The notes beneath the pieces are model-generated. The model did not search any database and was not told the DNA's origin. It saw only the letters and a program-made list of their open reading frames with translations. Both the position numbers and the translations under genes were made by a program. Shown here in pieces: positions 19,095-27,671 of a stretch of DNA of 64,000 bases. The DNA lies in contig JACQSC010000004.1 of assembly GCA_016206155.1 (NCBI GenBank), positions 147,591 to 211,590 of the forward strand. Direction: 5' to 3'. Every line of letters begins with the position of its first letter. The stretch's first letter is position 1. The stretch is from Candidatus Uhrbacteria bacterium (GTDB lineage Bacteria > Patescibacteriota > Patescibacteriia > JACQRZ01).

Positions 19095-20763
19095 CATTAT
19101 CTTTAAATCCTCTGAATGAATATACTGTCTGCTCACCCATGTTCTTCAACACTATTACCTTTTCCTCAACCAACACCACCTCCTTCACGAACGCGTATGC
19201 ATTTGGACCGATCAGAATTTCGTTCACGCCCGCGGTTTGTTCGAGTCGTGCCGCAAAGTTAATTGTCTCGCCCAAGAAATCCCAGATGCGATCGTCGGCT
19301 GGTCCGATTTCACCGGCAATAAAGTCGCCATACTCGATACCGATGCGAATGTCCCAGCCCATCTCCCGTACAAGTATACCAATTTTTGTCGCCGCCTCCA
19401 ATGCGTTATGCGTCAAAACCGGGTAATCCTCGTTTTCCTTGTATCCGCCAAACACCGCCATTATGCCGTCCCCCATGTATTTATAGACCCACCCGTTGCG
19501 CGAACGAATAACGGTGTTTGAAATTTCGCAGTACCGATTCAGTTCCACCATCATCCCGCCAAAATCCTCTGTTGAATGCACGCGCTTACTAAACCCCACC
19601 AAATCTGCAAAAAAGACCACGCCGCTATGGCGCTTTGGCGCGAGCTTGTGAATGGTCATGCGCGATACCAGCTCGGTCGGCAGATGGGAGCTGAGGATTG
19701 CGGTAAGTTCATTCTTCAGGCGTTCAATTTCCTTCTTCTCTTCTGAAATAACTTTGTTGCGCTGACGCACCGCATCCTCAAGCTCTTGCGAGTATCGTTG
19801 AAAATAACTCGCGCGATCCTCGATCTCTTGAAGATAATTATCGGCGTGTTCGGGCCGTACGGCGCGCAATTTTTTTACCAATCGCTTGTGAAACGGCTCA
19901 TGTTGCCACTGCATGCGTAAAATAAAATAGGGCGCGTTATAAATCTGCCCCCGCTCTAGAAGTAAATAATTTTTATACCGATAATCTTTTGTAATCAAAA
20001 TGCCGCGATGCTCATCTGCTTCATGCGGGTCGCGATGCGATCCAACGTAATGAAAGTCACTGCCGACTTTTTCCTTTACGAGTCCGACAACCTTTCCGTG
20101 CGGCTCGCCCTCGACAAAAAGCATATCATCTCTGATCTCGGAAAGAATTGAAAACTGCTCGCGCAAAAGGCGCACAACGTCATACTCAAGAAGAATCTCC
20201 TGCACATCGGCGTGCGGTTGTTTCCAGATTCGCGGAATGCCCGCGATTACGCCTTTTACAATCGGCCCCGAGTGAAAGTCGTGCACGGGATCAATGTGAT
20301 CGCGAAATTTTACTTTAAAAAAAGCGTGCTCGCGGCCCAGATCGACAACATGGATATCTTTTGTCTTGTTAAAATATTGGTTGTACTTTGGCACGCGCCT
20401 AATCAGTACCTTTGGGTCGGCAAAAACCGAGGCGAGCATGCGCTTCATAACCTCAAGCATGCCCAAGCCGCCTTCAGACGTTGAGGATGCACCGATTTCG
20501 TAAAACACAGACGGGTCATTGTCGTGCAAAATGCGCGCGCGTTTGGTAATTTCCCGAAACACCGAGAATGGGATCCAATTGTCAGGATTCGTCAAATAGC
20601 TTTCGGGGTACCCCAAACCGGATAAAAGAGCATCCGGTGAGATGCTCCTTTTCTTGCAATATTCTACGATTAAATTCACGTTCCGCGTCGAAACGCTCAG
20701 TGGTTCATCGTTATCATTGTCATCCTGGCGAAGGCCGGGATCCAGTCCTTTTTGTAATCCCAT
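19072..20763 (-). CDS. Class III adenylate/guanylate cyclase with a ~350-aa N-terminal domain of unknown function.
   Basis: C-terminal catalytic core FADLVGFS...YMGDGIMAVFG...INFAARLE. The N-terminal region carries no recognisable motif. Confidence 0.75.
   Translation of the reverse strand: MGLQKGLDPGLRQDDNDNDEPLSVSTRNVNLIVEYCKKRSISPDALLSGLGYPESYLTNPDNWIPFSVFREITKRARILHDNDPSVFYEIGASSTSEGGLGMLEVMKRMLASVFADPKVLIRRVPKYNQYFNKTKDIHVVDLGREHAFFKVKFRDHIDPVHDFHSGPIVKGVIAGIPRIWKQPHADVQEILLEYDVVRLLREQFSILSEIRDDMLFVEGEPHGKVVGLVKEKVGSDFHYVGSHRDPHEADEHRGILITKDYRYKNYLLLERGQIYNAPYFILRMQWQHEPFHKRLVKKLRAVRPEHADNYLQEIEDRASYFQRYSQELEDAVRQRNKVISEEKKEIERLKNELTAILSSHLPTELVSRMTIHKLAPKRHSGVVFFADLVGFSKRVHSTEDFGGMMVELNRYCEISNTVIRSRNGWVYKYMGDGIMAVFGGYKENEDYPVLTHNALEAATKIGILVREMGWDIRIGIEYGDFIAGEIGPADDRIWDFLGETINFAARLEQTAGVNEILIGPNAYAFVKEVVLVEEKVIVLKNMGEQTVYSFRGFKDNEESDTPA
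20721..20748. repeat. GC hairpin mini-repeat ATCCTGGC-GAAG-GCCGGGAT. A related copy is at 23675-23700.
   Basis: 8-bp stem with a GAAG loop. It lies within the 5' end of the cyclase CDS and encodes GLDPGLRQDD. Confidence 0.5.
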
Positions 20764-20817
20764 AGCGTTCGTATCATACCTCCGTTATGCGCCAAAGTAA
20801 ATACGCGCCCAAGCGGG

Positions 20818-20872
20818 TTGACATTCCGTAAGGGGGGGCAGAATGGGTGTGTTCGCGCGGAAAGGGAGAGCT
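20818..20872 (+). promoter_or_regulatory. Conserved promoter/5'UTR module of small-protein cassette 1: TTGACA...GGGGGGGCAGAATGGG...GGAAAGGGAGAG before the ATG. It is about 90% identical to 22568-22623.
   Basis: Two copies in the window share a ~65-nt block including TTGACA and an SD-like GGAG. Confidence 0.6.
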
Positions 20873-21094
20873 ATGGAAACAATCAAGCGGATCGTCCGGG
20901 ATTTGTCCGGTGTGGTAGAAATTCTTCGGGAAAACGCTAGCCCAATAGAGCGATACAGCATGTATCGTGAAGTGAAGGCCATCGCGGCCGCTCTCGTGCT
21001 CAATGCAGAGTACGAGATGGACGAGGCCGGGCGTGAGGATCCGGCTGGAGTCGCAATACTCAGGAAGGCGCAGTGTTACCACCCTCACTGTTAG
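20873..21094 (+). CDS. Small hypothetical protein of 73 aa (cassette 1).
   Basis: Starts METIKRIVRDLSGVVEILREN..., downstream of the conserved UTR with GGAG 8 nt upstream, and followed by a conserved terminator. The antisense ORF 20774-21139 was rejected. Confidence 0.55.
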   Translation: METIKRIVRDLSGVVEILRENASPIERYSMYREVKAIAAALVLNAEYEMDEAGREDPAGVAILRKAQCYHPHC

Positions 21095-21110
21095 TCGCGA
21101 ACAACAAAGA

Positions 21111-21150
21111 GGGACGGATCGCCATTGTGTATCCGCCATTCAAAACTTTC
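21111..21150 (+). terminator. Conserved 3' module of cassette 1: hairpin GGACGGAT-N11-ATCCGCC followed by TTCAAAACTTTCTG. It is the homologue of 22881-22920.
   Basis: About 55 nt that is near-identical between the two cassettes, starting immediately after the stop codon (CGCGAACAACAAAGA...). Confidence 0.55.
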
Positions 21151-21249
21151 TGTTATCATCCAGGGCGCAGTCGAGAGACCTCCAGTGCTTTCCGTCTCAA
21201 CGATTTTCTCCAGAAAACACTCCTTGTAATACGAGGGCAATAAAATGGT

Positions 21250-21915
21250 TCATTGTTTTTTAAACATTTCCTTTATCCTTTTCTTCTCATCAGCAAACTG
21301 CTTTTGGTTCAGATTGAGTTCAGGGCATTCGACAGAGGTATCGAGAAGTGTAAGAATGCCAGAGATAAGAAACTCCTGCCCGAGCGCGCGTGTATGGTTT
21401 TTAAAAAGTGAGCCATCAAACGATGGATGAAAGAGAATGCTGAAAATATCAAGCTCATCTTTTTTTCCTTTCAGAGATCCTTTTCGGTCCTGATAGGCAT
21501 GACACTTCAGCAGGATCATTATTTCAATCTGCGGCACCGTGAATCCATCGACCGACTGCGTATGATCGCGAATAAAAGAAACGGGAATACCAAGATTGGA
21601 CCAGCCAGGAACATAGATGTCGATATCAAACCCCTCGTGCGGAATTTCATATTTTTTGAGTCGTTCATTTTTCTGAACGCCATAGCGGGTTTTTAAATCC
21701 GCGAGCGTATCAAATTCCACAATAATATCGATATCCTTTGATTTTAATGATCGAGTGTGAACGTACACCGCCCATCCGCCGATGAGAATGAAAAAAATCT
21801 GCTGTCTCAGCTCCTGGAGTACGATGAAACTTTTATCGGTGATGTTCTGATGCCAAAATGCCATAGGATTAGGAAAGTAACTCTTCAAGCTTTGGGAGGA
21901 TATCCTTTGCATACC
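21250..21915 (-). CDS. AbiEii-like nucleotidyltransferase toxin (DUF1814-like), tentative.
   Basis: Pol-beta-type NTase motif GGWAVYVHTRSLKSKDIDIIV. About 220-250 aa. It lies directly downstream of, and overlapping, an HTH regulator gene, which is the canonical abiEi-abiEii order. The start is uncertain. Confidence 0.55.
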   Translation of the reverse strand, partial: GMQRISSQSLKSYFPNPMAFWHQNITDKSFIVLQELRQQIFFILIGGWAVYVHTRSLKSKDIDIIVEFDTLADLKTRYGVQKNERLKKYEIPHEGFDIDIYVPGWSNLGIPVSFIRDHTQSVDGFTVPQIEIMILLKCHAYQDRKGSLKGKKDELDIFSILFHPSFDGSLFKNHTRALGQEFLISGILTLLDTSVECPELNLNQKQFADEKKRIKEMFKKQ

Positions 21916-22468
21916 ACTCAGGCGCGTTCCATATATCAGCAAACACTTGCTCAAGAAGCGGTTGGGGATAGCGAGAAAACAGCGGGTCCTTTTCAATAAC
22001 AAAAAAATTGGGGGCTAATCCACTATTCTTTTTCGAAACCCATACGCGTACACGATCACGAATCTCTGCACAGGTGTTTCGGTCGGCATACACATAGACA
22101 TGATCGTATTCCGTCGGCATCGCCGAGAGAAGAAATTGTGTCGCGCTATAGAGCCCAAAAGCGATCGCCGGTGGCATCGCCGCCTCAATGTCAAAGGAAC
22201 CTTTCTCAAGGCGCAGTGAAAACATCATGTCTTTTATCAACGAGCGCTCGGTCGCAAAAAGATAGAGAAGCTTTCTATAATCCTGTAGCACAAAAAAGCG
22301 CCCTGTCACACGGATGATTGACGTATCGCGAGCACTTTTAAGGGCATTAAAAACCGTGCTTGTTGAAATACCCAACGTGCTGGCAAGCTCTTTTTGGGTA
22401 AATCGAATCTGCCCATGTACCCGTTTTTGATAGAGAATCTCTCTATAAACAGCACATTTTTTATTCAT
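21869..22468 (-). CDS. AbiEi-like antitoxin/transcriptional regulator with an N-terminal winged HTH, tentative.
   Basis: HTH segment FTQKELASTLGISTSTVFNALK. 199 aa. It overlaps the downstream NTase gene. Confidence 0.5.
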   Translation of the reverse strand: MNKKCAVYREILYQKRVHGQIRFTQKELASTLGISTSTVFNALKSARDTSIIRVTGRFFVLQDYRKLLYLFATERSLIKDMMFSLRLEKGSFDIEAAMPPAIAFGLYSATQFLLSAMPTEYDHVYVYADRNTCAEIRDRVRVWVSKKNSGLAPNFFVIEKDPLFSRYPQPLLEQVFADIWNAPEWYAKDILPKLEELLS

Positions 22469-22530
22469 TTCGATTTTTTATCACAATTTATATACCCATT
22501 TCGATAATGCTCGAAATGAAATAATTTGTC
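22469..22530. promoter_or_regulatory. Candidate AbiEi operator: three copies of CATTTCGA(T/G), two direct and one inverted, in the abiEi promoter region.
   Basis: TCATTTCGAT at 22471, CCATTTCGAT at 22503, and CTCGAAATGA at 22517 (reverse complement). AbiEi proteins are known to autoregulate through inverted repeats. Confidence 0.35.
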
Positions 22531-22567
22531 AATACGACCAGTGGATTTGCCCAAACCTCTAGCAGTG

Positions 22568-22623
22568 TTGACATTCCGCGAGGGGGGGGCAGAATGGGGG
22601 TGTTCGCGTGGAAAGGAGAGGTT
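22568..22623 (+). promoter_or_regulatory. Conserved promoter/5'UTR module of small-protein cassette 2.
   Basis: GTTGACATTCCGCGAGGGGGGGGCAGAATGGGGGTGTTCGCGTGGAAAGGAGAGGTT then ATG. Confidence 0.6.
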
Positions 22624-22860
22624 ATGAACCGACATAAACAAGGATTGGGGGGACTTCGAATTCTTTATGAGGAGCTGGGACGGCTCCTCAGCCCGGATGA
22701 GATTCCGGTCAATAAAGAGGAATTTTTCATGAAAATAGCCGACTCAGCGGACGCCCTCCGGGTGTCTGCGCGTGGTCTGGCAAACGCCGGTCTCACCGAA
22801 GGTCAAATCATCACACGGATCGCAAGAAGTGCGTGGATGGAGGTTTTCGGGAAGAAATAA
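22624..22860 (+). CDS. Small hypothetical protein of 78 aa (cassette 2). It is a divergent paralogue of the cassette-1 protein.
   Basis: Starts MNRHKQGLGGLRILYEELGRLLSPDEIPVNKEEFFMKIADSADAL.... It has weak positional similarity to cassette 1 (L.G...IL.E...SP.E), and identical flanks. Confidence 0.55.
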   Translation: MNRHKQGLGGLRILYEELGRLLSPDEIPVNKEEFFMKIADSADALRVSARGLANAGLTEGQIITRIARSAWMEVFGKK

Positions 22861-22880
22861 GATGCGCGAACAACAAAGAA

Positions 22881-22920
22881 GGGCGGATCGCCATCGTGCA
22901 TCCGCCCTTCAACACTTTTT
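22881..22920 (+). terminator. Conserved terminator of cassette 2: GGGCGGAT-cgccatcgtgc-ATCCGCCC followed by TTCAACACTTTTT.
   Basis: 8-bp GC stem plus a T-run. Confidence 0.6.
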
Positions 22921-23015
22921 ACTCAATTTTTCCTATTCGTATATTACCGGCAAAGTCGGTTCTCCATATCTTGATTCGCTGACAAAAAATGCGCCGAGAA
23001 CGAACAAACACCATC

Positions 23016-23546
23016 TTATCGCTCTCCGTGGAGCAGTCGCTCAAACGCCTCCATATTCCCCAAAGCATCGTGAACGGGGTTGTGATCATGGGGTGTTCTG
23101 CGCAGTTTTTTCCATGACGACGCATCCGTGATATCGCCAACAAGGCCGGCGTAAAAATCTCCTATACGCCGCGCGGAATGGCCGAAAGGATTTTTGCCAA
23201 GCGTCCGCCAGAAACCATCATTGATCCATTGCCAGTCAAAGGCGGGGTTGTCACTGATAAAAATCGGACGTCCTTCCTTTTTTCCAAATACTGTTTTTTC
23301 ATCGCTTATTCTTTCTATAACAACAGGAATCGCCTGATTATGTTCAGCGGGTCTTGTTCGTGCGAGCACGCCGTGAAACTTCTCTTGGATCAAAACGTTT
23401 CGCGCAAGCTGGCTGAGGAACTTCAAGGAGATTTTCCAGGAACAGCCCATGTATATTTGTGCGGATTGCGTTTGAAAGAGAAAAGAAACACGGCTGTTTT
23501 CAAATTTTTTCACTGTAGCCGCTAAACGACTTCTTCCAAATAACAC
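23016..23546 (-). pseudogene. DEDDh (DnaQ-like) 3'-5' exonuclease fragment. Exo II and Exo III motifs are present, but the Exo I DxE motif is absent.
   Basis: DNPAFDWQWIND (Exo II-like) and HNPVHDALGN (Exo III H-x4-D). There is no N-terminal DxE block, so it appears N-terminally truncated. Confidence 0.45.
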
Positions 23547-25300
23547 TCTTTGCAGTAGACGCGCTCATCCAAAGCAGGGTCCCATGTCGTCTGGAATGGA
23601 CGCTTACACGGGGTCTGGCTCAATTTCGCTTGCGAATTTGTGCCTGACCCCATTTCCTGCCCGCCCCCGCTCTCATTCCGGCGAAGGCCGGAATCCAGTC
23701 CAGTTTTCAACTAATGCTGGCTGTGCGTCGCTTCACCACAATCACACGTCCCTGACCACAGCTGTTTTGGATTTCTCTTTGCCATTCGTGCCTTGTGGCG
23801 TTCAAGAAAACTTTTGTCTGGGACATGGATATTCAGGCGACGATAAAATGCCAGCTCTTGTTTGATATATTTGAACTTCTGGCCGGTGTCTTTATCTGCA
23901 AGAACTCTGTCACACCACGAGTCGTCGACGTCTTTGATGCTATCGGGAATTTCGGTTGCCTCGCCTCGCTTGATATCGGCAGAATCGTCCCAGCGAAATC
24001 CTTTTTCCAGTGCCTTCTCTTTTGAGAGGGGCATAAAAATCCCAGCATTGGATGTATTGTACGCAAAGGGACTGTACTCGGGTGGGAAGAACTCGCCCCA
24101 TTCGCCGGTTTCCTTCATATGCTCTATGAGTTTAGTGCGGAGCTTCTCATATTCATCTTTGGTGTATTGCTTGTTGAGGATGCAGTACTGGCCCTTTTTC
24201 AAGTTACTGCAGCCAAAACAATTTTGAATCGAGCGACAGAAATAGCAATAATCTACCTCAGCGCACCCCTCCATGACCCCCCAGCTCCACCGTATATTAT
24301 ACGAACTAAACCCGCAGACAGCCGAATAATAAAACCGGGAACTACCCTCCCCGCACTCAAACGTTTCATAACAATCCTTTATCGGTAAAAACGCTGCTTC
24401 ACAATACTTTGAATCCTCCACGCGAAACCCGTCATAACATTCAATCGCATTTTTTGAATTGATGAGATAATCACCAGTGCAATCAACATTACTCATCCCG
24501 TGCATATATTGCTTGGGAAATTTCTTTTTGTGCTCATCAAACTTTTCCGCCCACTCACGCACAACTGATCGGCGGGAAAGGTCGGCTCCCTGCAAACGTT
24601 TTTCGTATTCCTCCTTTGAGATCCTCTCGTTAAACCAATAGTACTCGGCATTTTTCAAATTCGCGCACCCAAAACAGTTTATACAGTTGGAGAGATTATA
24701 TCCGAAAATACATTCATTTGAGTCCTGAACATTTTGGCAATAGAAACATTTGTAGCATTTCAAACAGTCGATACATTCATAACACAGCTCTGATTCGCGC
24801 ACCTTCAAGCAGTCGACCGCGTCTTTACTGTTTTGAAGCGTATATGAATAATACGAATCTTCATTCACGTCGCTGTCAAAAACCAAATAACAGTTCTTTA
24901 CCGCGCTGCAATAGTTAATGTAATCGCTGTTTACGATATTCCCTTCAATAACAAAACGTGATGCGTGAGGGACGCTCCTATCGAGGTCTGCGAACTGCTC
25001 AAAAAATGGGCGAGAAAAATCAATATCGCGTGCGAAGGAACGCGCGTCCCATGAGTCGCCCCACCAGGCGGCATTGTTGTATACCGGGAATGGTGTACCC
25101 TCCGGGTACATTGCAAGTATCTGTTTTCCCGTGAGGTCGCATTTTCTTGGATAGAGCAATAATTCATTTTCCCACATGAGCTGAACCCGCCGCCGGCACG
25201 GATGGCACCGTCGTGGCGGAGGAACATCAAACGAACGAAAAAACTTGTGGTCTTTCTCATCAAATGAGAATTCTTTTTTACATTGAATGCAGATATTCAT
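23522..25300 (-). CDS. Cysteine-rich paralogue A of the unknown-function family. Its C-terminal zinc-ribbon region is disrupted by an in-frame TAG (23711-23713) plus two repeat insertions, so it is possibly a pseudogene.
   Basis: Collinear with paralogue B from MNICIQCKKEF to ...LWSGTCDCGEATHSQH, then a stop. The same frame continues LKTGLDSGLRRNESGGGQEMGSGTNSQAKLSQTPCKRPFQTTWDPALDERVYCKECYLEEVV, matching B's C-terminus. Confidence 0.6.
23609..23655 (-). repeat. Copy 5 of the dispersed palindromic element, inserted in-frame in the C-terminal region of paralogue A.
   Basis: GGGGTCTGGCTCAATTTCGCTTGCGAATTTGTGCCTGACCCCATTT. Confidence 0.8.
23675..23700. repeat. GC hairpin mini-repeat ATTCCGGC-GAAG-GCCGGAAT, adjacent to copy 5.
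   Basis: Perfect 8-bp stem, homologous to 20721-20748. Confidence 0.5.
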
Positions 25301-25370
25301 AGTACCGATACTATACATCTGCTTATGGCTGATGTCTATGTAGTCCTTCGCGTACTCTTTGAGCAACACC

Positions 25371-25937
25371 TCAAGTAAACTCGCTTAACAGCCGCTGGGT
25401 TAGCACCCACGGGAGACCGATAATACTCTCGCGTTCGCCCTCGATATGATCAATGAATGGCATGAAAAGAGAATCGACGATACTGAATCCGCCGGCGAGC
25501 TCATACGTCCGCGGGTAAGCAACAATCTGTGCAACAGCTTCGTGTTGTAACGCGCGAAACCATACCCTCCCACGATCAACGCCATCTGCCCGTTCCCCGG
25601 TCTCGGTATTAGTAACAACAACCGCCGTTACGGTTTCAGCGGGATGAGCTGTATACATTTGGAGCATAGCCCGTTCCTCATCTTCATTTTCCGGCTTCTC
25701 TAAAATTTCTCCGTTGCATAAGACGACTTGGTCTGAGGTAATAAGAAGCGCGGGCTTCTTGATTCGCGGAATCAACGCATCTGCTTTTGCGTGAGCAAGA
25801 AGGAGTACGAGTTTTTCCGGGTCCGGATCACGAATCGCCCTCTCGTCGATATCAGAACTCATGACATCAAAGCTAAAGCCCCTCTCTTCAAGGATTATTT
25901 TTCTGCCTTTTGACGCCGAACCCAAAATTATCTTCAT
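25371..25937 (-). CDS. maf: Maf-like nucleoside triphosphate pyrophosphatase (septum formation protein Maf family).
   Basis: MKIILGSASKGRKIILEERGFSFDVMSSDIDE N-terminus. Its ATG overlaps paralogue B's stop (ATGA). Confidence 0.75.
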   Translation of the reverse strand: MKIILGSASKGRKIILEERGFSFDVMSSDIDERAIRDPDPEKLVLLLAHAKADALIPRIKKPALLITSDQVVLCNGEILEKPENEDEERAMLQMYTAHPAETVTAVVVTNTETGERADGVDRGRVWFRALQHEAVAQIVAYPRTYELAGGFSIVDSLFMPFIDHIEGERESIIGLPWVLTQRLLSEFT

Positions 25938-27667
25938 ACAATCTCCTTTTGATAACACGCCTCGCAAAAAACTTTCTCGGAGCGGTCGGGGGCGTACGTT
26001 GTCTCAAACATGGTTGGACATTGACTGCCCGCCTTCGTCCGCCGTTGCTGAAGCTCTGGCGCGACTTCGGCGCGGGAACCATGGTCGTGCCCTGCGCGGT
26101 CGCACATACACTGGCGGTGCCACAGATGGCGGGGATTGCGCATGCGCATGCGCGCCATATGGCGACAATCAAAGCAACGGCGGGGGAGTGGCACGTTCAT
26201 TTTTTTATAAAATGATAACTCCGCTTTTACAATCTTAAAGTTTTTGCCGCAGTCACTACAGGCTAACACCTCGCGCATAATGGATTCGTCAATGTGCGCA
26301 ATGTCATCGGGAACGGAGCTCCACTCCTTTGTTGGTTTCCCGAACTTTCCTGCTGTCTCATCACACCAATTGAATCCTTGCCCCAATGCTTCCTCTTTTG
26401 AAAGAGGGAAGTCATCATTAGCGATTGTTTCATTGTACCCAAACGCGGAGAGATTGGCAGGAAAAAACTGACCATACTCACCACGACGCGACATATCTTC
26501 AATAATTCTCGCGCGCAATTTTTCGTACTCTTCTTGTGAATACTGCGTATTTAAAATACAAAACCTCGCCTTACGCAATCCCTGCGAACCAAAACAGTTG
26601 TCGCTGTTCATAACGTATGAACAATATTGAAGGTTTGAGCTCGCCCACGAGTATTGGCAAAACTGTTCGTTCATTGCCGGTTCAATATTGCTCAATACGT
26701 CACAGAATAACTCGCTACCCAGTGCAATATAATTACTGTCATAGCTGTCTTTTGTCGGACCGGGTGATATAACAATGTATTTACAATCCTCGAGATTTCT
26801 CGCATCAAAGCATTCATTTGCATTTACGCAGTTCAATAGGTAATTGCCGGTTGAATTCTCGCAACGGGTCTGTTGAGAATATTTATGTATCGCCACCGTA
26901 TGAATCATCGATATAAAATCTTGTTTTAACCCTTCTATCTTTGTGTAACTGCCAAAATAAATAGCGCTCATCCTTTTCTCATACTCGCCCCTATTAAGCT
27001 GCTCATTGTTGAACACATAGTTCTTGTTTTTGAGGTTTGCGGACATAAAGCAATTGGTGCATCCACTGCAGTCATAGAGGAAAGATGAATCCATACAATT
27101 GCTCGATTGCTGGCACCAGGAGCTGTTATACATTTTCTCGCAATCAACGAGTTCGTATCCCAGCTCGCTTCCGCGCGCGAACATTGAATCTACAACATTT
27201 TGACTCTCTGCAATCTGGAGGCCGTAGTAACAATCTTCATTTCCACCAGAGGAAATAAGGAGGTATCCATTTCTGTTTTCCCAACAATGCGCTGTGAAGT
27301 CAGAATTTTCTCCGCTTTTGCTCATCATCGCTATTTGCGGAACCGAACGAAAAAGATCTTTCAGCTGATCAAAAAATGGAGCCGAAGGATCGTACTTGCG
27401 AGCATACAAAAACGGATCCCAGTTGTCGGACCACCAGCATGGCTGGCAATAAACCGGGCCCGCGTAGGATGGAGAATAAAAATTTACCGTTATTTTTTTG
27501 CACAAATCGCATGCACGGCTGTATAGCGCGCGTTCATTGCGAAAAGCAAAACGCCTCTGCCGCCGACAATCAGGGCAGAACGTCGGCTCGGGGACCTTGA
27601 TACGACGATAGAATGCTCGATCCTGTTCGATAATTTCAAATTGCTTAATACACTGCCCACAAACCAT
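25934..27667 (-). CDS. Cysteine-rich paralogue B (578 aa), the only apparently intact member of the unknown-function family. It has an N-terminal CxxC...CxxC zinc-ribbon-like segment, a central region with repeated N-C-x2-C-x2-C/N-L-K-like motifs, and a C-terminal CxC...HDHG...CxxC segment.
   Basis: MVCGQCIKQFEI...CPDCRR at the N-terminus, ...NCFGSQGLRK... in the middle, and ...HRQCMCDRAGHDHGS...FETTYAPDRSEKVFCEACYQKEIV at the C-terminus. The ATG at 27665-27667 lies 5 nt after the relE stop. Confidence 0.7.
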   Translation of the reverse strand: MVCGQCIKQFEIIEQDRAFYRRIKVPEPTFCPDCRRQRRFAFRNERALYSRACDLCKKITVNFYSPSYAGPVYCQPCWWSDNWDPFLYARKYDPSAPFFDQLKDLFRSVPQIAMMSKSGENSDFTAHCWENRNGYLLISSGGNEDCYYGLQIAESQNVVDSMFARGSELGYELVDCEKMYNSSWCQQSSNCMDSSFLYDCSGCTNCFMSANLKNKNYVFNNEQLNRGEYEKRMSAIYFGSYTKIEGLKQDFISMIHTVAIHKYSQQTRCENSTGNYLLNCVNANECFDARNLEDCKYIVISPGPTKDSYDSNYIALGSELFCDVLSNIEPAMNEQFCQYSWASSNLQYCSYVMNSDNCFGSQGLRKARFCILNTQYSQEEYEKLRARIIEDMSRRGEYGQFFPANLSAFGYNETIANDDFPLSKEEALGQGFNWCDETAGKFGKPTKEWSSVPDDIAHIDESIMREVLACSDCGKNFKIVKAELSFYKKMNVPLPRRCFDCRHMARMRMRNPRHLWHRQCMCDRAGHDHGSRAEVAPELQQRRTKAGSQCPTMFETTYAPDRSEKVFCEACYQKEIV

Positions 27668-27671
27668 AGTA

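Noticed and set aside
20774-21139. Minus-strand 121-aa ORF overlapping small-protein cassette 1
   Set aside because: The plus-strand ORF sits behind a conserved promoter/SD and before a conserved terminator, features that are duplicated at cassette 2. The antisense ORF has no such support.
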